Source: an uncultured Acidobacteriota bacterium
Lineage (GTDB): Bacteria; Acidobacteriota; Thermoanaerobaculia; Multivoradales; UBA5704
Assembly (NCBI GenBank): GCA_963770895.1
Contig: CAVYRF010000002.1
Location: forward strand, 960,001-1,024,000
DNA length: 64,000 nt
Direction of reading: 5' to 3'
Shown: positions 1 to 10,452 of the stretch, piece after piece
Position numbering within the stretch: position 1 is the first letter of the stretch
Layout of the letters: every line of letters starts with the position of its first letter
The notes under the pieces: generated by a model
Databases searched by the model: none
What the model saw: only the letters and a program-made list of their open reading frames with translations
What the model was told of the DNA's origin: nothing
Made by a program: the position numbers and the translations under genes

Positions 1-1227
1 TGCCACCGGGGTGCGCGGCTCGGCGCTGGCCAGGCGCCGCAGCTCGGGGTCTTCCAGGTTGATCAGCAGCGGCCGGTGGCGAACGGCCAGCCGCAGCAGC
101 GAATCCCGCAGCAGCTCCGCCGCCGCCAGGTCCACCACCGAAGTGAACAGCACGGCGGTGGCGCGCCGCGGCTCGACGCTGGCCGCCACGTCGGCCATCA
201 GGTCGTAGGCCGGCTCGACGATCCGCGCCGCCAGGTCGAACAGCGCCGCGTAGCCCTGCCGCGCCGAGCGCGGGCCGGAATGCAGCCGCACCCGGCGCTC
301 CACCCGGTCGGAGAAAGCCACCACGCTCACCTGGTCGCCGCGCGCCGCCGCCACGCGGGTGAGCGCCAGCGCCGCCGCCAGGGCGTAGTCGAGCTTGCTG
401 CGGCCGCCGTCCATCGACGCCATGGCGCGCGCGCAGTCGAGCAGCACCACCAGCCGCTCGCTGCGCTCCCAGGTGTCCTCGCGGCTGATCAGCCGGCCGT
501 GGCGCGCCGTCGCCTTCCACTGCACCTTGACCAGCGGGTCGCCCGGCAGGTAGGCACGCAGCGCATAGGGCTCGCTGCCGACGCCCTGCAAACGCAGCGC
601 GGCCTGCCCCAGGCGCTGCCGGTGCGCGGCGGCGAGCAGCTGGCCGACGCGCCCGTCCCAGCGCACCTGCGGATACACCCTCACCTTTTCGTCCGTCAGC
701 AGGTCGCGCTGCGCCCAGCTGAGGCGCCAGGGACCCAGCACCCGCACCGTCAGCGGCGCCACCAGGTGCTCGCCGCGGCGCCGCGGCACCAGCATGTACC
801 GCCAGGTGGCCGGCAATCCGGCGCCAGCCGTCAGCCGCCGGCGCAGCGGCGCCTCCGCCAGCGCCGGATGCAGCCCCTCGCGCAGCGACAGCTCCACCGG
901 GCGGCCCCCGCCGCGCCACACCCGCGCCCCAGCCGCACCTGCCGCCCCTGCCGCGCCCGCCGCACCCGCCGCGCCCGCCGCGAGCGGCGCCCCGACGGCG
1001 ATCGTCAGCTCGACCTGGCCGGCCGCCTGCTGCACCAGCATCGTCGGCCACCGCCGCACCGCCGCGAGCGGCACCCGCCGGGCGCGGTGCCAGTCGACGA
1101 CCGCCGCACCCAGGATCAGGACATCCAGGATCGCCGCCCAGGGCGCCAAAGCCGGCGCCAGGAACGCGCCGATGAACAGCGCCGTGACCAGGCCAAGCAG
1201 GCGGAAGCAGCGAGCGGCTGGCACCAT
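1..1227 (-). CDS. DUF58 domain protein (MoxR-associated, VWA-like); 3' end runs off the window
   Basis: Hand translation from ATG at 1227 ([14 protein letters not shown]...) gives an N-terminal TM and the DUF58 motifs '[32 protein letters not shown]' and '[10 protein letters not shown]...SKLDYAL'. Abuts the MoxR stop. Absent from the ORF track because there is no stop in the window. Confidence 0.88.
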   Translation of the reverse strand, partial: MVPAARCFRLLGLVTALFIGAFLAPALAPWAAILDVLILGAAVVDWHRARRVPLAAVRRWPTMLVQQAAGQVELTIAVGAPLAAGAAGAAGAAGAAGAAGARVWRGGGRPVELSLREGLHPALAEAPLRRRLTAGAGLPATWRYMLVPRRRGEHLVAPLTVRVLGPWRLSWAQRDLLTDEKVRVYPQVRWDGRVGQLLAAAHRQRLGQAALRLQGVGSEPYALRAYLPGDPLVKVQWKATARHGRLISREDTWERSERLVVLLDCARAMASMDGGRSKLDYALAAALALTRVAAARGDQVSVVAFSDRVERRVRLHSGPRSARQGYAALFDLAARIVEPAYDLMADVAASVEPRRATAVLFTSVVDLAAAELLRDSLLRLAVRHRPLLINLEDPELRRLASAEPRTPVA

Positions 1228-2330
<1,103 letters not shown>

Positions 2331-2331
<1 letters not shown>

Positions 2332-2380
2332 CTCTCCAGGTCGCTCCAGGTCTCTCCGGCTCTATCCAGGTCTCTCCACG
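2331..2380. repeat. 5 x 10-bp imperfect tandem repeat (TCTCTCCAGG)
   Basis: tctctccagg tcgctccagg tctctccggc tctatccagg tctctccacg, directly upstream of the moxR start. Confidence 0.85.
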
Positions 2381-2424
2381 CGCCGCCAGATCCAGGAAGT
2401 TGCACGCCATGCCGCGCCGCGCCG

Positions 2425-3537
2425 CTAGGCCGCCGACCGCCCTTTGCGGCGGGCTGCCAGCTGCACAGCCAGGGCGACCAGGTCGTCCGGGCCGGCGGCC
2501 GCGGCCTGCCGGTCCATCGCCGCCGGCAGCACCAACCCGCGGTCCAGCTCGCGCGCCCGCGCCACCAGCAGCCGCGCCGCTTCGGCGTGGTGTCCCAGAC
2601 GGTGGTGCAGCCAGCCCAGGCCGAGCAGGAAGGTCGCCGCCGAACCGGCCAGCGGCGGCCGCTCGCTCCAGGCCGGCCCCTGCCGCCGGGCGAGCGCCAG
2701 CACTCCCAGCACGTACAGCAGGACCAGGTGGAGGAACATCAGATCCGCGACGTGGCCCAGGCGCGGGTCGCCGGCCTTGTCGATGGTGATCAGGCCGTGG
2801 TCGTATTCGTCGAAAACCCAGCGCCGGCCCAGGTTGCGCCGCAGCGCCTCCAGCAGGTTGGCGTTTCCCGGCTGGTCCAGCCTGGCATTGGACAGCGCGT
2901 CCGCCGGCAGCACGACGACCCTGCCGCGGCCGTGCCGCGCCACGGTGATCACCGGCTGGCCGGCCGGACCGGTGTATAGGACCAGCGCCGCCGGGTCGGC
3001 CCGCGGCAGCTGCCGCGGCGCCCAGATGCGCACCGGCTGCCAGCCCGGCAGGGCCGGACGCAGGGTCCACTCCTGGCGGATGAAGCGGCGCCACTGCCAA
3101 TAGCCGAGGGGCGGCCGGCGGACGGTCTTGCCTTCCCGCAGACCGGCAAACTGCTCGGCCGCCAGGCCGCTGCCGCTGTAGGCCAGGATCAGGTCGCCAC
3201 CGCGAGCCACGTGGTCGTCGAGCGCTCCTTCCAGGTCCGCGGACGGCATCCCCTGCCACGGAAACGCCAGCACCAGGACGGTATGGCTGCCGTCGCGCCC
3301 CGAGCCACCGCGCGTGCCGGCATCCGTCCCGCCGCCCTCCATGAAACGCACCGGCGACTCGGTGAGCAGGCTCACCTTGGCGCCGCGGTCGGCCAGGTAG
3401 CGGCGCGCCGCGAGCCACCCGTCGGGGCGGCGCGAAAGCGAGCTGCCGCCGCTCGACAGGCCGCCGGCCGACAGGACGACGGCGGCAAATGCCACCACGA
3501 AGACCGCCGCCGCGGCCACCCATTGCCAGCGCTTCAC
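2425..3537 (-). CDS. DUF4350 domain membrane protein
   Basis: N-terminal TM, 'SSLSRRPDGWLAARRYL', 'GRGRVVVLPADALSNARL...NANLL...VFDEYDHG', C-terminal TM; position in the MoxR operon. Confidence 0.8.
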   Translation of the reverse strand: MKRWQWVAAAAVFVVAFAAVVLSAGGLSSGGSSLSRRPDGWLAARRYLADRGAKVSLLTESPVRFMEGGGTDAGTRGGSGRDGSHTVLVLAFPWQGMPSADLEGALDDHVARGGDLILAYSGSGLAAEQFAGLREGKTVRRPPLGYWQWRRFIRQEWTLRPALPGWQPVRIWAPRQLPRADPAALVLYTGPAGQPVITVARHGRGRVVVLPADALSNARLDQPGNANLLEALRRNLGRRWVFDEYDHGLITIDKAGDPRLGHVADLMFLHLVLLYVLGVLALARRQGPAWSERPPLAGSAATFLLGLGWLHHRLGHHAEAARLLVARARELDRGLVLPAAMDRQAAAAGPDDLVALAVQLAARRKGRSAA

Positions 3538-4175
3538 GCCAGCGCCGCCTCGAGCGACGCGCGCAGCTGCCGCACCTCGTCGACGGCCGGCAGGCGCGGA
3601 CCGTACGTCAGGGCGTCCAGCCGGCGCACCAGGCTCCGCAGGTCGTCACGGCGCGTGCGGGACAGCAGCTCGCGGCCGGTCCAGGTCGGCTCGGCCAGCG
3701 GCCCGGCAAGCGAACGCGCCAGCCACCACCAGAGGGCGCGCATCGCGGCGTGCACCTGACCCGCGCTCAGGCAGCGGTCCAGCTCCGCCCGCCAGCCGTC
3801 GGCGTCCCATGCCGCGGCTTCGCCCGGTGCCGCGGCGGCGGCGCCCTCCGCCGCACCGCGGTTTGCCGGCGGCGCCGCCTTCGCCCGGCCGCCCCGCCAC
3901 AGGTCGATCGCCGCCTGAGCCGCGGCCCCCAGGGCGAAAAGCGCCGCCAGCCCCACGATCGCCAGGACCGTGTACCAGACCGCCGGCAACGTCCGCAGGT
4001 GCACGGCGCGCTCGATCAGGTCGGCCACCACGCGGTAGCTCGCGGCCAGCAGCTCGCGGGAGTACGAGGCATCGGGAGGCACCGGTTGGCGGGCGACGTG
4101 GCTCGCCGCCAGCGCTCCGTCGACCAGCGAGCGATCAGCCACCGCCGGCGGGAACGCCAGGGGCACACGACTCAT
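3534..4175 (-). CDS. DUF4129-like membrane protein
   Basis: True start MSRVPLAF at 4175 overlaps the upstream stop; one TM, then 'AMRALWWWL...TWTGRELL...LDALTYG' typical of DUF4129. Confidence 0.7.
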   Translation of the reverse strand: MSRVPLAFPPAVADRSLVDGALAASHVARQPVPPDASYSRELLAASYRVVADLIERAVHLRTLPAVWYTVLAIVGLAALFALGAAAQAAIDLWRGGRAKAAPPANRGAAEGAAAAAPGEAAAWDADGWRAELDRCLSAGQVHAAMRALWWWLARSLAGPLAEPTWTGRELLSRTRRDDLRSLVRRLDALTYGPRLPAVDEVRQLRASLEAALA

Positions 4176-5173
4176 CAGAACTGGGGTCCTCCCTCGGGCG
4201 GCTCCGGCCCGTCGGGCGGCCAGGCGGCGATCGGCGGCGGCGGCGGCGGCGACGGCGGGGCGACTGCCATGCCGGCGATCGCCGCCTGCAGGTCCTGGCC
4301 CTCGCGACGGCGGCGCGCGTCCACGAAGAGCAGCGCCAGCGCGAAGCCCCCATAGAGGTAGACCGCGGCCCGGATGGCGCTGGCCAGGACGACGAACGGC
4401 ATCTGCATCCAGACGAGCCGCGGCGTCATCCCCTGGAAGGTGCCGCCGCTCGCGATCTGGTGCAGGACGCTGCCCATGACGATGCCCATGATCGGCAGCG
4501 ACACCACCATGCCGACCAGGGAGGAGGTGATCCATAGCACTCCCACCAGGGCCAGCACCTTGGCGATCGAGCTGGTGGAGACCTGCCGCTGCGGGTTGTA
4601 AGTGGCCAGCGTGGCGCTGCGGCGCAGCGCCGCCATGCCGGCGAGCCCTTCGTCGGCCATCGCCGGGAGCGTAAAGGACAGCAGCGGGCCGACGTAGAAC
4701 ACCGGCACCAGGCAGCAGCATGCGGCCGCGGTCACGCTCACCCACAGCAACAGGACGGTGCCGAACATCCTGGGCCGCACGACAAAGCGGATGCTGCGCC
4801 CGGCGCTGGCGCCGCGGCCCGCCACCGTGTCGACCGCCGCCACCACCGTGGCGGAGGCGACCAGGATGATCACCAGGATCGTCGGCAACGCCACCGCCAG
4901 GACGCCGATCGCGAAGCCGAAGGCCTGCGCCGGGTCCGCCATGTTGGGGGCGCCGGGGCCGCCCGTCATCCTGCCTTGCGCCCAGGCCTGCACCGCGGTC
5001 TGCACCGCGGCCAGCAGGGCCAGGGTGACGGCAAACGGCGGGAACAGCCGGCGCAGGTTGGCTCGGGTCAGGCGCATCGCTTCGTCCAGGAGCCTGGTGA
5101 AGCGCTGCGGTTCCAGCGCCGACGCCGGCGCCGCCGCTGCCGCCGGAGCCGGAGCCTCAAAGCCGTTCGTCAT
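4175..5173 (-). CDS. Multi-pass membrane protein (GDPD-membrane-domain-like, MoxR operon)
   Basis: About 6 hydrophobic segments and C-terminal 'LLFVDARRRREGQDL' motif typical of this operon member. Confidence 0.7.
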   Translation of the reverse strand: MTNGFEAPAPAAAAAPASALEPQRFTRLLDEAMRLTRANLRRLFPPFAVTLALLAAVQTAVQAWAQGRMTGGPGAPNMADPAQAFGFAIGVLAVALPTILVIILVASATVVAAVDTVAGRGASAGRSIRFVVRPRMFGTVLLLWVSVTAAACCCLVPVFYVGPLLSFTLPAMADEGLAGMAALRRSATLATYNPQRQVSTSSIAKVLALVGVLWITSSLVGMVVSLPIMGIVMGSVLHQIASGGTFQGMTPRLVWMQMPFVVLASAIRAAVYLYGGFALALLFVDARRRREGQDLQAAIAGMAVAPPSPPPPPPIAAWPPDGPEPPEGGPQF

Positions 5174-6155
5174 CGTCCTCCCCCACGGATTTTCTGGGGG
5201 CGAGCGCCGCTCCCAGAAACAACGCTTCCAGGCTGAGCCCCAGCGCCAGCTTGGCGCCCAGCGGCACCGTCGGGTCGGGCGAGATGTTGCCCTCGATCAC
5301 CGCCAGGACCACGAACCACGGCAGGCAGCCGAGCAGCACGTGCAGCGAGTCCCTGCCCGCCTGGCGGATCGCCTCGTTGCGCGGCACGTCGCCGGCCGCG
5401 ACGATGGCTCGCCCGATGCCGAGACCGGCGGCGGCGGCAACCAGGATCAACGTGATCTCCAGCGGCCCATGCGCGGCGGTGAAGGCGAGCAGATCGCCGG
5501 CCAGCGAATAGCGCATGGTCACCCCGACCAGGGCGCCCAGCTGCAGTCCGTTGAGGACCACGATATACAGCGGCACGATGCCGGCCAGCAGGCCGCCGCC
5601 CCAGGCCACCAGGGCGACGCCGAGGTTGTTGGAAGCGATCTTCGACGAGGTGACGGCGGACGGCACCGACGTGGTCAGGGTTTCGGTCCACAGATGGCCG
5701 TCCTCCAGGCCCTGAATTTGCTTGGGCCCCAGCAGGATCTCGCCCAGGCGCGGCTGCGCTCCCGCCAGAGCCAACCCGAACAGGGCGGCGCCGGCGAAGA
5801 TCGTCACCACCACGGCCAGCAGGCCGAGCTGGCGGCGAAACGCGGTGGGAAAGGTGACGCGGGCAAAGTGGATCAGCCCGCGGCGCTTGCCGGTCTGGCG
5901 CGTCAGGCGCAGCGTGCCCGCCAGGGCGAGCGCCGCCAGCTGGCGGGCGACCGCGGTGCCCGGAAAACGGTTGGCCGCCAGCGCGTGGTCGTGGAGCACC
6001 TGGCGATAGTCGAAGGCCAGCTGCTCGACCTCGGCGTAGGTGGGCGCCTGCCGCCCGCCGCGCCGCTGCCGCCGCTCGCCCAGGCGGCGTACCTCGGCGG
6101 CGAAGCGCTCCCAGAGCGGCCGGCGCAGCAGCACGAACCGCGTGTAGTCCATCAT
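5157..6155 (-). CDS. Stage II sporulation protein M (SpoIIM/DUF95) family membrane protein
   Basis: Start MMDYTRFV overlaps the RDD stop; motifs 'IASNNLGVAL', 'LNGLQLGA', 'AHGPLEIT', 'AVIEGNISP'. Confidence 0.88.
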   Translation of the reverse strand: MMDYTRFVLLRRPLWERFAAEVRRLGERRQRRGGRQAPTYAEVEQLAFDYRQVLHDHALAANRFPGTAVARQLAALALAGTLRLTRQTGKRRGLIHFARVTFPTAFRRQLGLLAVVVTIFAGAALFGLALAGAQPRLGEILLGPKQIQGLEDGHLWTETLTTSVPSAVTSSKIASNNLGVALVAWGGGLLAGIVPLYIVVLNGLQLGALVGVTMRYSLAGDLLAFTAAHGPLEITLILVAAAAGLGIGRAIVAAGDVPRNEAIRQAGRDSLHVLLGCLPWFVVLAVIEGNISPDPTVPLGAKLALGLSLEALFLGAALAPRKSVGEDDDERL

Positions 6156-6856
6156 CCCTGCCGCACGTCCAGGGCGCGGCGGAGCGCCGAAACCGGGCCG
6201 CCCGGCGGGTCGTGCAGGTCGCTGTCCTTGACCAGCTGCGGCGCGTCGTGGTGAATGCGTACCAGCAGCTGCCGCGCCATCTCGTCGCGCGCCAGGCTGT
6301 CGACCAGGAAGCGCTCGCGCGCCAGGAACCCTTCGACGACGCTCACTTCCCGCGGTCCCCACCCCGGCGGCACGCGGCTGAGCAGCGGCGGCCTGTCGTC
6401 CTGGACCTCGTGGACCACCAGCGTGCCGGCCAGCCGATCGCCCAGCCGCCGCGCCAGCGGGTCCATGGCGATCAGCGGCACGCCCACCAGGTAGTCGACT
6501 TCGCGCACCAGGTTGCGCGCCAGGAGCGCCCCGGCACCGGGCTCCGCCCCCTCGGCGGTGACCACCCGCAGGCGGAACGCCATCTTGCCCAGGGTGCGGC
6601 CGCCGGTAGCGATCTCCATGCCGGCGAAGTACCCCCATTCGAGGAGGAACATGCCGCCCCCGATCACCGCGACGATCCAGACACCGTGGAACCACGCGGC
6701 GACCGCCGCTCCCAGCAGCGCCCAGAGCACCGCCAGGACCCCGACGCAGCAGTAGTCGATCAGCGCCGCCAGGCAGCGGCCGCCCAGGCCGGCCACCGGC
6801 AGGTCCAGGCGGATGTTGTCCAGCGCAAGGATGCTCTCGCGCTCAAGCTCAGCCAA
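6152..6856 (-). CDS. RDD family protein
   Basis: 'AGLGGRCLAALID', 'GGRTLGKMAFRLRVV', 'RRLGDRLAGTLVV'. Confidence 0.92.
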   Translation of the reverse strand: MAELERESILALDNIRLDLPVAGLGGRCLAALIDYCCVGVLAVLWALLGAAVAAWFHGVWIVAVIGGGMFLLEWGYFAGMEIATGGRTLGKMAFRLRVVTAEGAEPGAGALLARNLVREVDYLVGVPLIAMDPLARRLGDRLAGTLVVHEVQDDRPPLLSRVPPGWGPREVSVVEGFLARERFLVDSLARDEMARQLLVRIHHDAPQLVKDSDLHDPPGGPVSALRRALDVRQG

Positions 6857-6942
6857 CGGTTCCTTTCCGCGCCGGTCAGCGGACGCTTCAGGTGTGGCCC
6901 ACGGCCCAACCGGAATACCGCTATTCTGTCATGTGCCGGTCT

Positions 6943-7803
6943 TCAAGGCGTGCCCTGGGCCTCGCCGGTCATCGGCACGAAGAGGACCGGCAGCACCTCG
7001 TGCCGGTCGATGGCGCCGTCGCGGCCCTTGGTGAGGACCGTCAGCGTCTGCTTGCCGGAGCCGACCGGCAGCACCATGCGGCCGCCCCGCTTGAGCTGGG
7101 CGAGCAGCGGCCGCGGCACCGCGGGCGGGGCGGCGGTCAGGATGATGGCGTCAAAAGGCGCCGCCGCGGGCCAGCCGCGGTATCCGTCGCCCACCCGCAC
7201 GTGCACGTTGCGAACGCCGAGGCGGTCCAGGACGGCCTGCGCGCGCGCCCCCAGCTCGGGCAGGATCTCCATGCTGTAGACCTGGCCCGCCAGGTGCGAC
7301 AACACCGCCGCCTGATAGCCGGAACCGGTGCCGATCTCCAGCACCCGCGCCCCCGGCGTCAGCTCCAGCAAGGAGCTCATCAGCGCCACGATGTAAGGCT
7401 GCGAGATCGTCTGGGAGCTGCCGATGGGCAGCGGGCGGTCCTCGTACGCCTGGTCGCGCTCGTCCTCGGGCACGAAGAGGTGCCGCGGCACGTCCGTCAT
7501 CGCGGCAAGGACGCGCGCGTCGGTCACGCCGCGGCCACGGATCACTTCGACCATCCGCAGGCGGAGGCGCCGCATCTCCTGCTCCGGGCCGTCGCCCGCC
7601 GGGTGGTCGTCCTGGGTCGCTCGCGCGGTCATGGTGCCATCCGTGGGAGGCGCAGCGGCAGGGGCACGCGCTGCCGCCAATGCTTCCGGCAGTGCCGGCA
7701 CTGCCGGCGAAGCCAGCGTTGCCAGCAGCACGATAGAAGCCCACAGCAGCGCACGCCCGGACCTGGCGGCGGCCGCCGCGGCGCCGCCGGCGTCAGTGCT
7801 CAT
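6943..7803 (-). CDS. pcm: Protein-L-isoaspartate O-methyltransferase (copy 1) with N-terminal signal-like peptide
   Basis: 'VPRHLFVP', '[10 protein letters not shown]', '[12 protein letters not shown]', '[13 protein letters not shown]', 'GDGYRG', 'APFDAII', 'VLFVPMTG'. Confidence 0.93.
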   Translation of the reverse strand: MSTDAGGAAAAAARSGRALLWASIVLLATLASPAVPALPEALAAARAPAAAPPTDGTMTARATQDDHPAGDGPEQEMRRLRLRMVEVIRGRGVTDARVLAAMTDVPRHLFVPEDERDQAYEDRPLPIGSSQTISQPYIVALMSSLLELTPGARVLEIGTGSGYQAAVLSHLAGQVYSMEILPELGARAQAVLDRLGVRNVHVRVGDGYRGWPAAAPFDAIILTAAPPAVPRPLLAQLKRGGRMVLPVGSGKQTLTVLTKGRDGAIDRHEVLPVLFVPMTGEAQGTP

Positions 7804-8596
7804 CCTGGACTTGGCCGGTCATCGGCGAAACCCGCACCGGGATCACCGGGTGCCGCTCGATGCCGTGCGGGGTCTTGGTGAGGACCTGCAGGTCCTGCAC
7901 CGGCCCGCCCACCGCCACCACCATCTTGCCACCGATGCGCAGCTGGTCGATGAGCGGCTGCGGAATGCGCCGCGGCGCCGCCGAGATGAGGATGGCGTTG
8001 AACGGCGCCTTGTCGGGCAGGCCCAGATAGCCGTCACCCACCCGCACCTGGACGTTCTGGTATCCCATGACGGCAAGCGATCGCTCCGCCTGGCTGGCGA
8101 CCACCGGGTCGATCTCGATCGAGTACACCTGGCGGGCGATGCGCGACAGCACCGCCGCGTGGTAGCCGGTGCCGGTGCCGACTTCCAGCACGGTATCGCT
8201 CTGCTTGAGGTCGAGCAGCGAAGTCATCAGCGCCACCACGTAGGGCTGGTAGATCGTCCGCCCCGGTCCCAGCTGCAGGGCGCGGTCGGCGTAGGCTTCG
8301 CCGCGCATGCTCTCGGGCAGGAAGAGGTGGCGCGGCACCTGGTCCATGGCGGCGAGCACCTCCGGCTGGTTGATGCCGCGCCGCCGCAGCTGCTGCTCGA
8401 TCATCGCCCGCCGCAAGCCGCGGTAGAGGTCCGGCCGCGCCACCATGCGGCCCGGTCCGAAGTGCGGCCGCCCGTGGGGGTGCGGCGCGCCCGGCGGCTG
8501 CCCCGCGAGGCACGGCGCCGCCAGCCCGAGGCAGGCGGCAAGGCCACAGAGCAGGCCTGCCCGCCACCGCCGCCAGGGGTGGCGCCCGGCGCGCAT
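7793..8596 (-). CDS. pcm: Protein-L-isoaspartate O-methyltransferase paralog (copy 2, divergent active site) with signal-like peptide
   Basis: C-terminal part of track ORF 7793..9931; start [11 protein letters not shown] (or GTG at 8602); 'VPRHLFLP', '[12 protein letters not shown]', '[13 protein letters not shown]', 'GDGYLG'. Confidence 0.88.
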   Translation of the reverse strand: MRAGRHPWRRWRAGLLCGLAACLGLAAPCLAGQPPGAPHPHGRPHFGPGRMVARPDLYRGLRRAMIEQQLRRRGINQPEVLAAMDQVPRHLFLPESMRGEAYADRALQLGPGRTIYQPYVVALMTSLLDLKQSDTVLEVGTGTGYHAAVLSRIARQVYSIEIDPVVASQAERSLAVMGYQNVQVRVGDGYLGLPDKAPFNAILISAAPRRIPQPLIDQLRIGGKMVVAVGGPVQDLQVLTKTPHGIERHPVIPVRVSPMTGQVQDEH

Positions 8597-8598
8597 GC

Positions 8599-10344
8599 TC
8601 ACCGGTGCGGCTCCTCCGCCGCGGCCGCGGTGCCTGCAACCCCCGCAGCCCCCGCCCCCCCTCCCACCCCCGCAGCATCGCGCCGGTACACCACCTTGCC
8701 GTCGACCAGGGTGAGGTCGATGGGGGCGCGCGCCATGTCGGCCTCGGGCACCGTCATCGGGTCGCGGGCGAACACCACCAGGTCGGCGCGCTTGCCCACC
8801 GCCAGCGACCCCACCTCGCCGTCCAGGAAGAGCGACCAGGCTGCGTCCAGGGTGAAGCCGCGCAGCGCCTCCTCGCGGCTGAGGCGCTCGCCCGGCTGCC
8901 AGCCGCCGGGGGGCTGCCCGGCAAGGTCCTGCCGGGTGACCGCCGCGTACAGGCCCAGGCGGGGATCGGGCGATTCCACCGGAAAGTCGCTGCCCAGCGC
9001 CAGCCGGCCGCCCGCCGCCAGCACCTTGCGCCAGGCATAGGCGCCGCGCAGCCGCGCCGCCCCCAGGCGGTCTTCCGCCCACGGCATGTCGGAGGTGGCA
9101 TGGGTCGGCTGCATCGAGGCGACGATCCCCAGCCGCGCCATGCGCTGGATGTCCTCCAGCCGCAGCACCTGCGCGTGCTCCAGACGGAAGCGCAGGTCGG
9201 GGCGGGGACCGCCGCCCATCGCCGCCTGCATGGCGTCGAGCGCCAGCAGCCCGCCGCGATCGCCGATGGCATGGATCGCCACCTGGAAGCCGCGTTCGAC
9301 GGCGCGGCGCGCCACCGCTTCCATGTGGGCGGACGAGGTCACCACCAGCCCCAGGTTGCCCGGATCGTCGCTGTACCCCTCCAGCAGCGCCGCGCCGCGG
9401 CTGCCCAGGGCACCGTCGGCGTACATCTTGACGCCGCGCACCGTGATCCGCGCCTCCGGGTCGATCTGCGGCCCGCGCGCGAACCACCGGTCGAGGACCG
9501 GCTGGCGATCGGCGATGAACAGTGCGGCGCGCAGCGGCAGCTGGCCCGCCTGGCGCACCGCTTCGTAGGCCTCGTACTCCGGCTGGTCGATCCCCATGTC
9601 GGTGACCGTCGTCAGACCGCGCTCGACGCAGTAGCGCGCCGCCGCGGCCAGCTGGCGGCGGAGGTCGGCGGGGGTCGGCTCCGGCAGACGCCCCAATTCC
9701 ATGGCGCGGTCGAGCAGCACGCCGGTGGGGCGGCCGGCCGCATCGCGCAGCAAGCGGCCGCCCGGCGGATCGGGCGTCGCCGCCGAGACGCCGAACGCCG
9801 CCATGGCGCGGGCGTTGACCAGCGCCGCGTGGCCGTCGACGCGGGTCAGCCAGACCGGGTGGTCGGGGACCGCCTGCGACAGCGCTTCGTGGGTCGGGAA
9901 GCTCTTGCCGGGCCAGTGGTTCTGGTCCCATCCGCGGCCCAGCACCCAGGCCCCCGCCGGCCGCCCCGCCGCCGCCTGGCGCACCCGGCGCACCACCTCG
10001 GCGAAGCTGTCGGCGGCGCGCAGGTCGACCTGCTCCAGGTCCGATCCCAGCCCACCCAGGTGGGAGTGGGCGTCGATCAGTCCGGGTGTCACGGCCCGCC
10101 CGGCCAGGTCGATGACCTGGGTCGAAGGCCCGCGCCGCGCCAGCGCCCCGGCATCGTCACCGATGTAGACGATGCGGCCGCCACGCACCGCCAGGCCGCC
10201 CGCGACGCGGCCGGGCGGCGCGACCGGATACAGCACGCCGTGCACCAAGATGAGGTCGGCCGCGTCCTCCGAAAAGGATGGCGCCGCCGCTGTCATGAGC
10301 CACGTCACAGCCAGGGCGATCCCGAGCGAAACCCTTGAAATCAT
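8599..10344 (-). CDS. Exported amidohydrolase (Amidohydro_3, YtcJ/NfdA-like)
   Basis: Signal peptide; 'PGLIDAHSH', 'GVKMYADGALGSRGA', 'IHAIGD', 'RLEHAQ', 'SMQPTH', 'GSDFPVE', 'GKRADLVV'. Confidence 0.93.
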   Translation of the reverse strand: MISRVSLGIALAVTWLMTAAAPSFSEDAADLILVHGVLYPVAPPGRVAGGLAVRGGRIVYIGDDAGALARRGPSTQVIDLAGRAVTPGLIDAHSHLGGLGSDLEQVDLRAADSFAEVVRRVRQAAAGRPAGAWVLGRGWDQNHWPGKSFPTHEALSQAVPDHPVWLTRVDGHAALVNARAMAAFGVSAATPDPPGGRLLRDAAGRPTGVLLDRAMELGRLPEPTPADLRRQLAAAARYCVERGLTTVTDMGIDQPEYEAYEAVRQAGQLPLRAALFIADRQPVLDRWFARGPQIDPEARITVRGVKMYADGALGSRGAALLEGYSDDPGNLGLVVTSSAHMEAVARRAVERGFQVAIHAIGDRGGLLALDAMQAAMGGGPRPDLRFRLEHAQVLRLEDIQRMARLGIVASMQPTHATSDMPWAEDRLGAARLRGAYAWRKVLAAGGRLALGSDFPVESPDPRLGLYAAVTRQDLAGQPPGGWQPGERLSREEALRGFTLDAAWSLFLDGEVGSLAVGKRADLVVFARDPMTVPEADMARAPIDLTLVDGKVVYRRDAAGVGGGAGAAGVAGTAAAAEEPHR

Positions 10345-10452
10345 TTCAATTTCCCATGGTCAAACCCGGTCATTCTGCCAGGGCGGAAGTGCAAAGTCCA
10401 AGCCACCGCCAGCCGGCCCGCCGGCGCGATCCGGGCCGCTATACTGCGCAGC

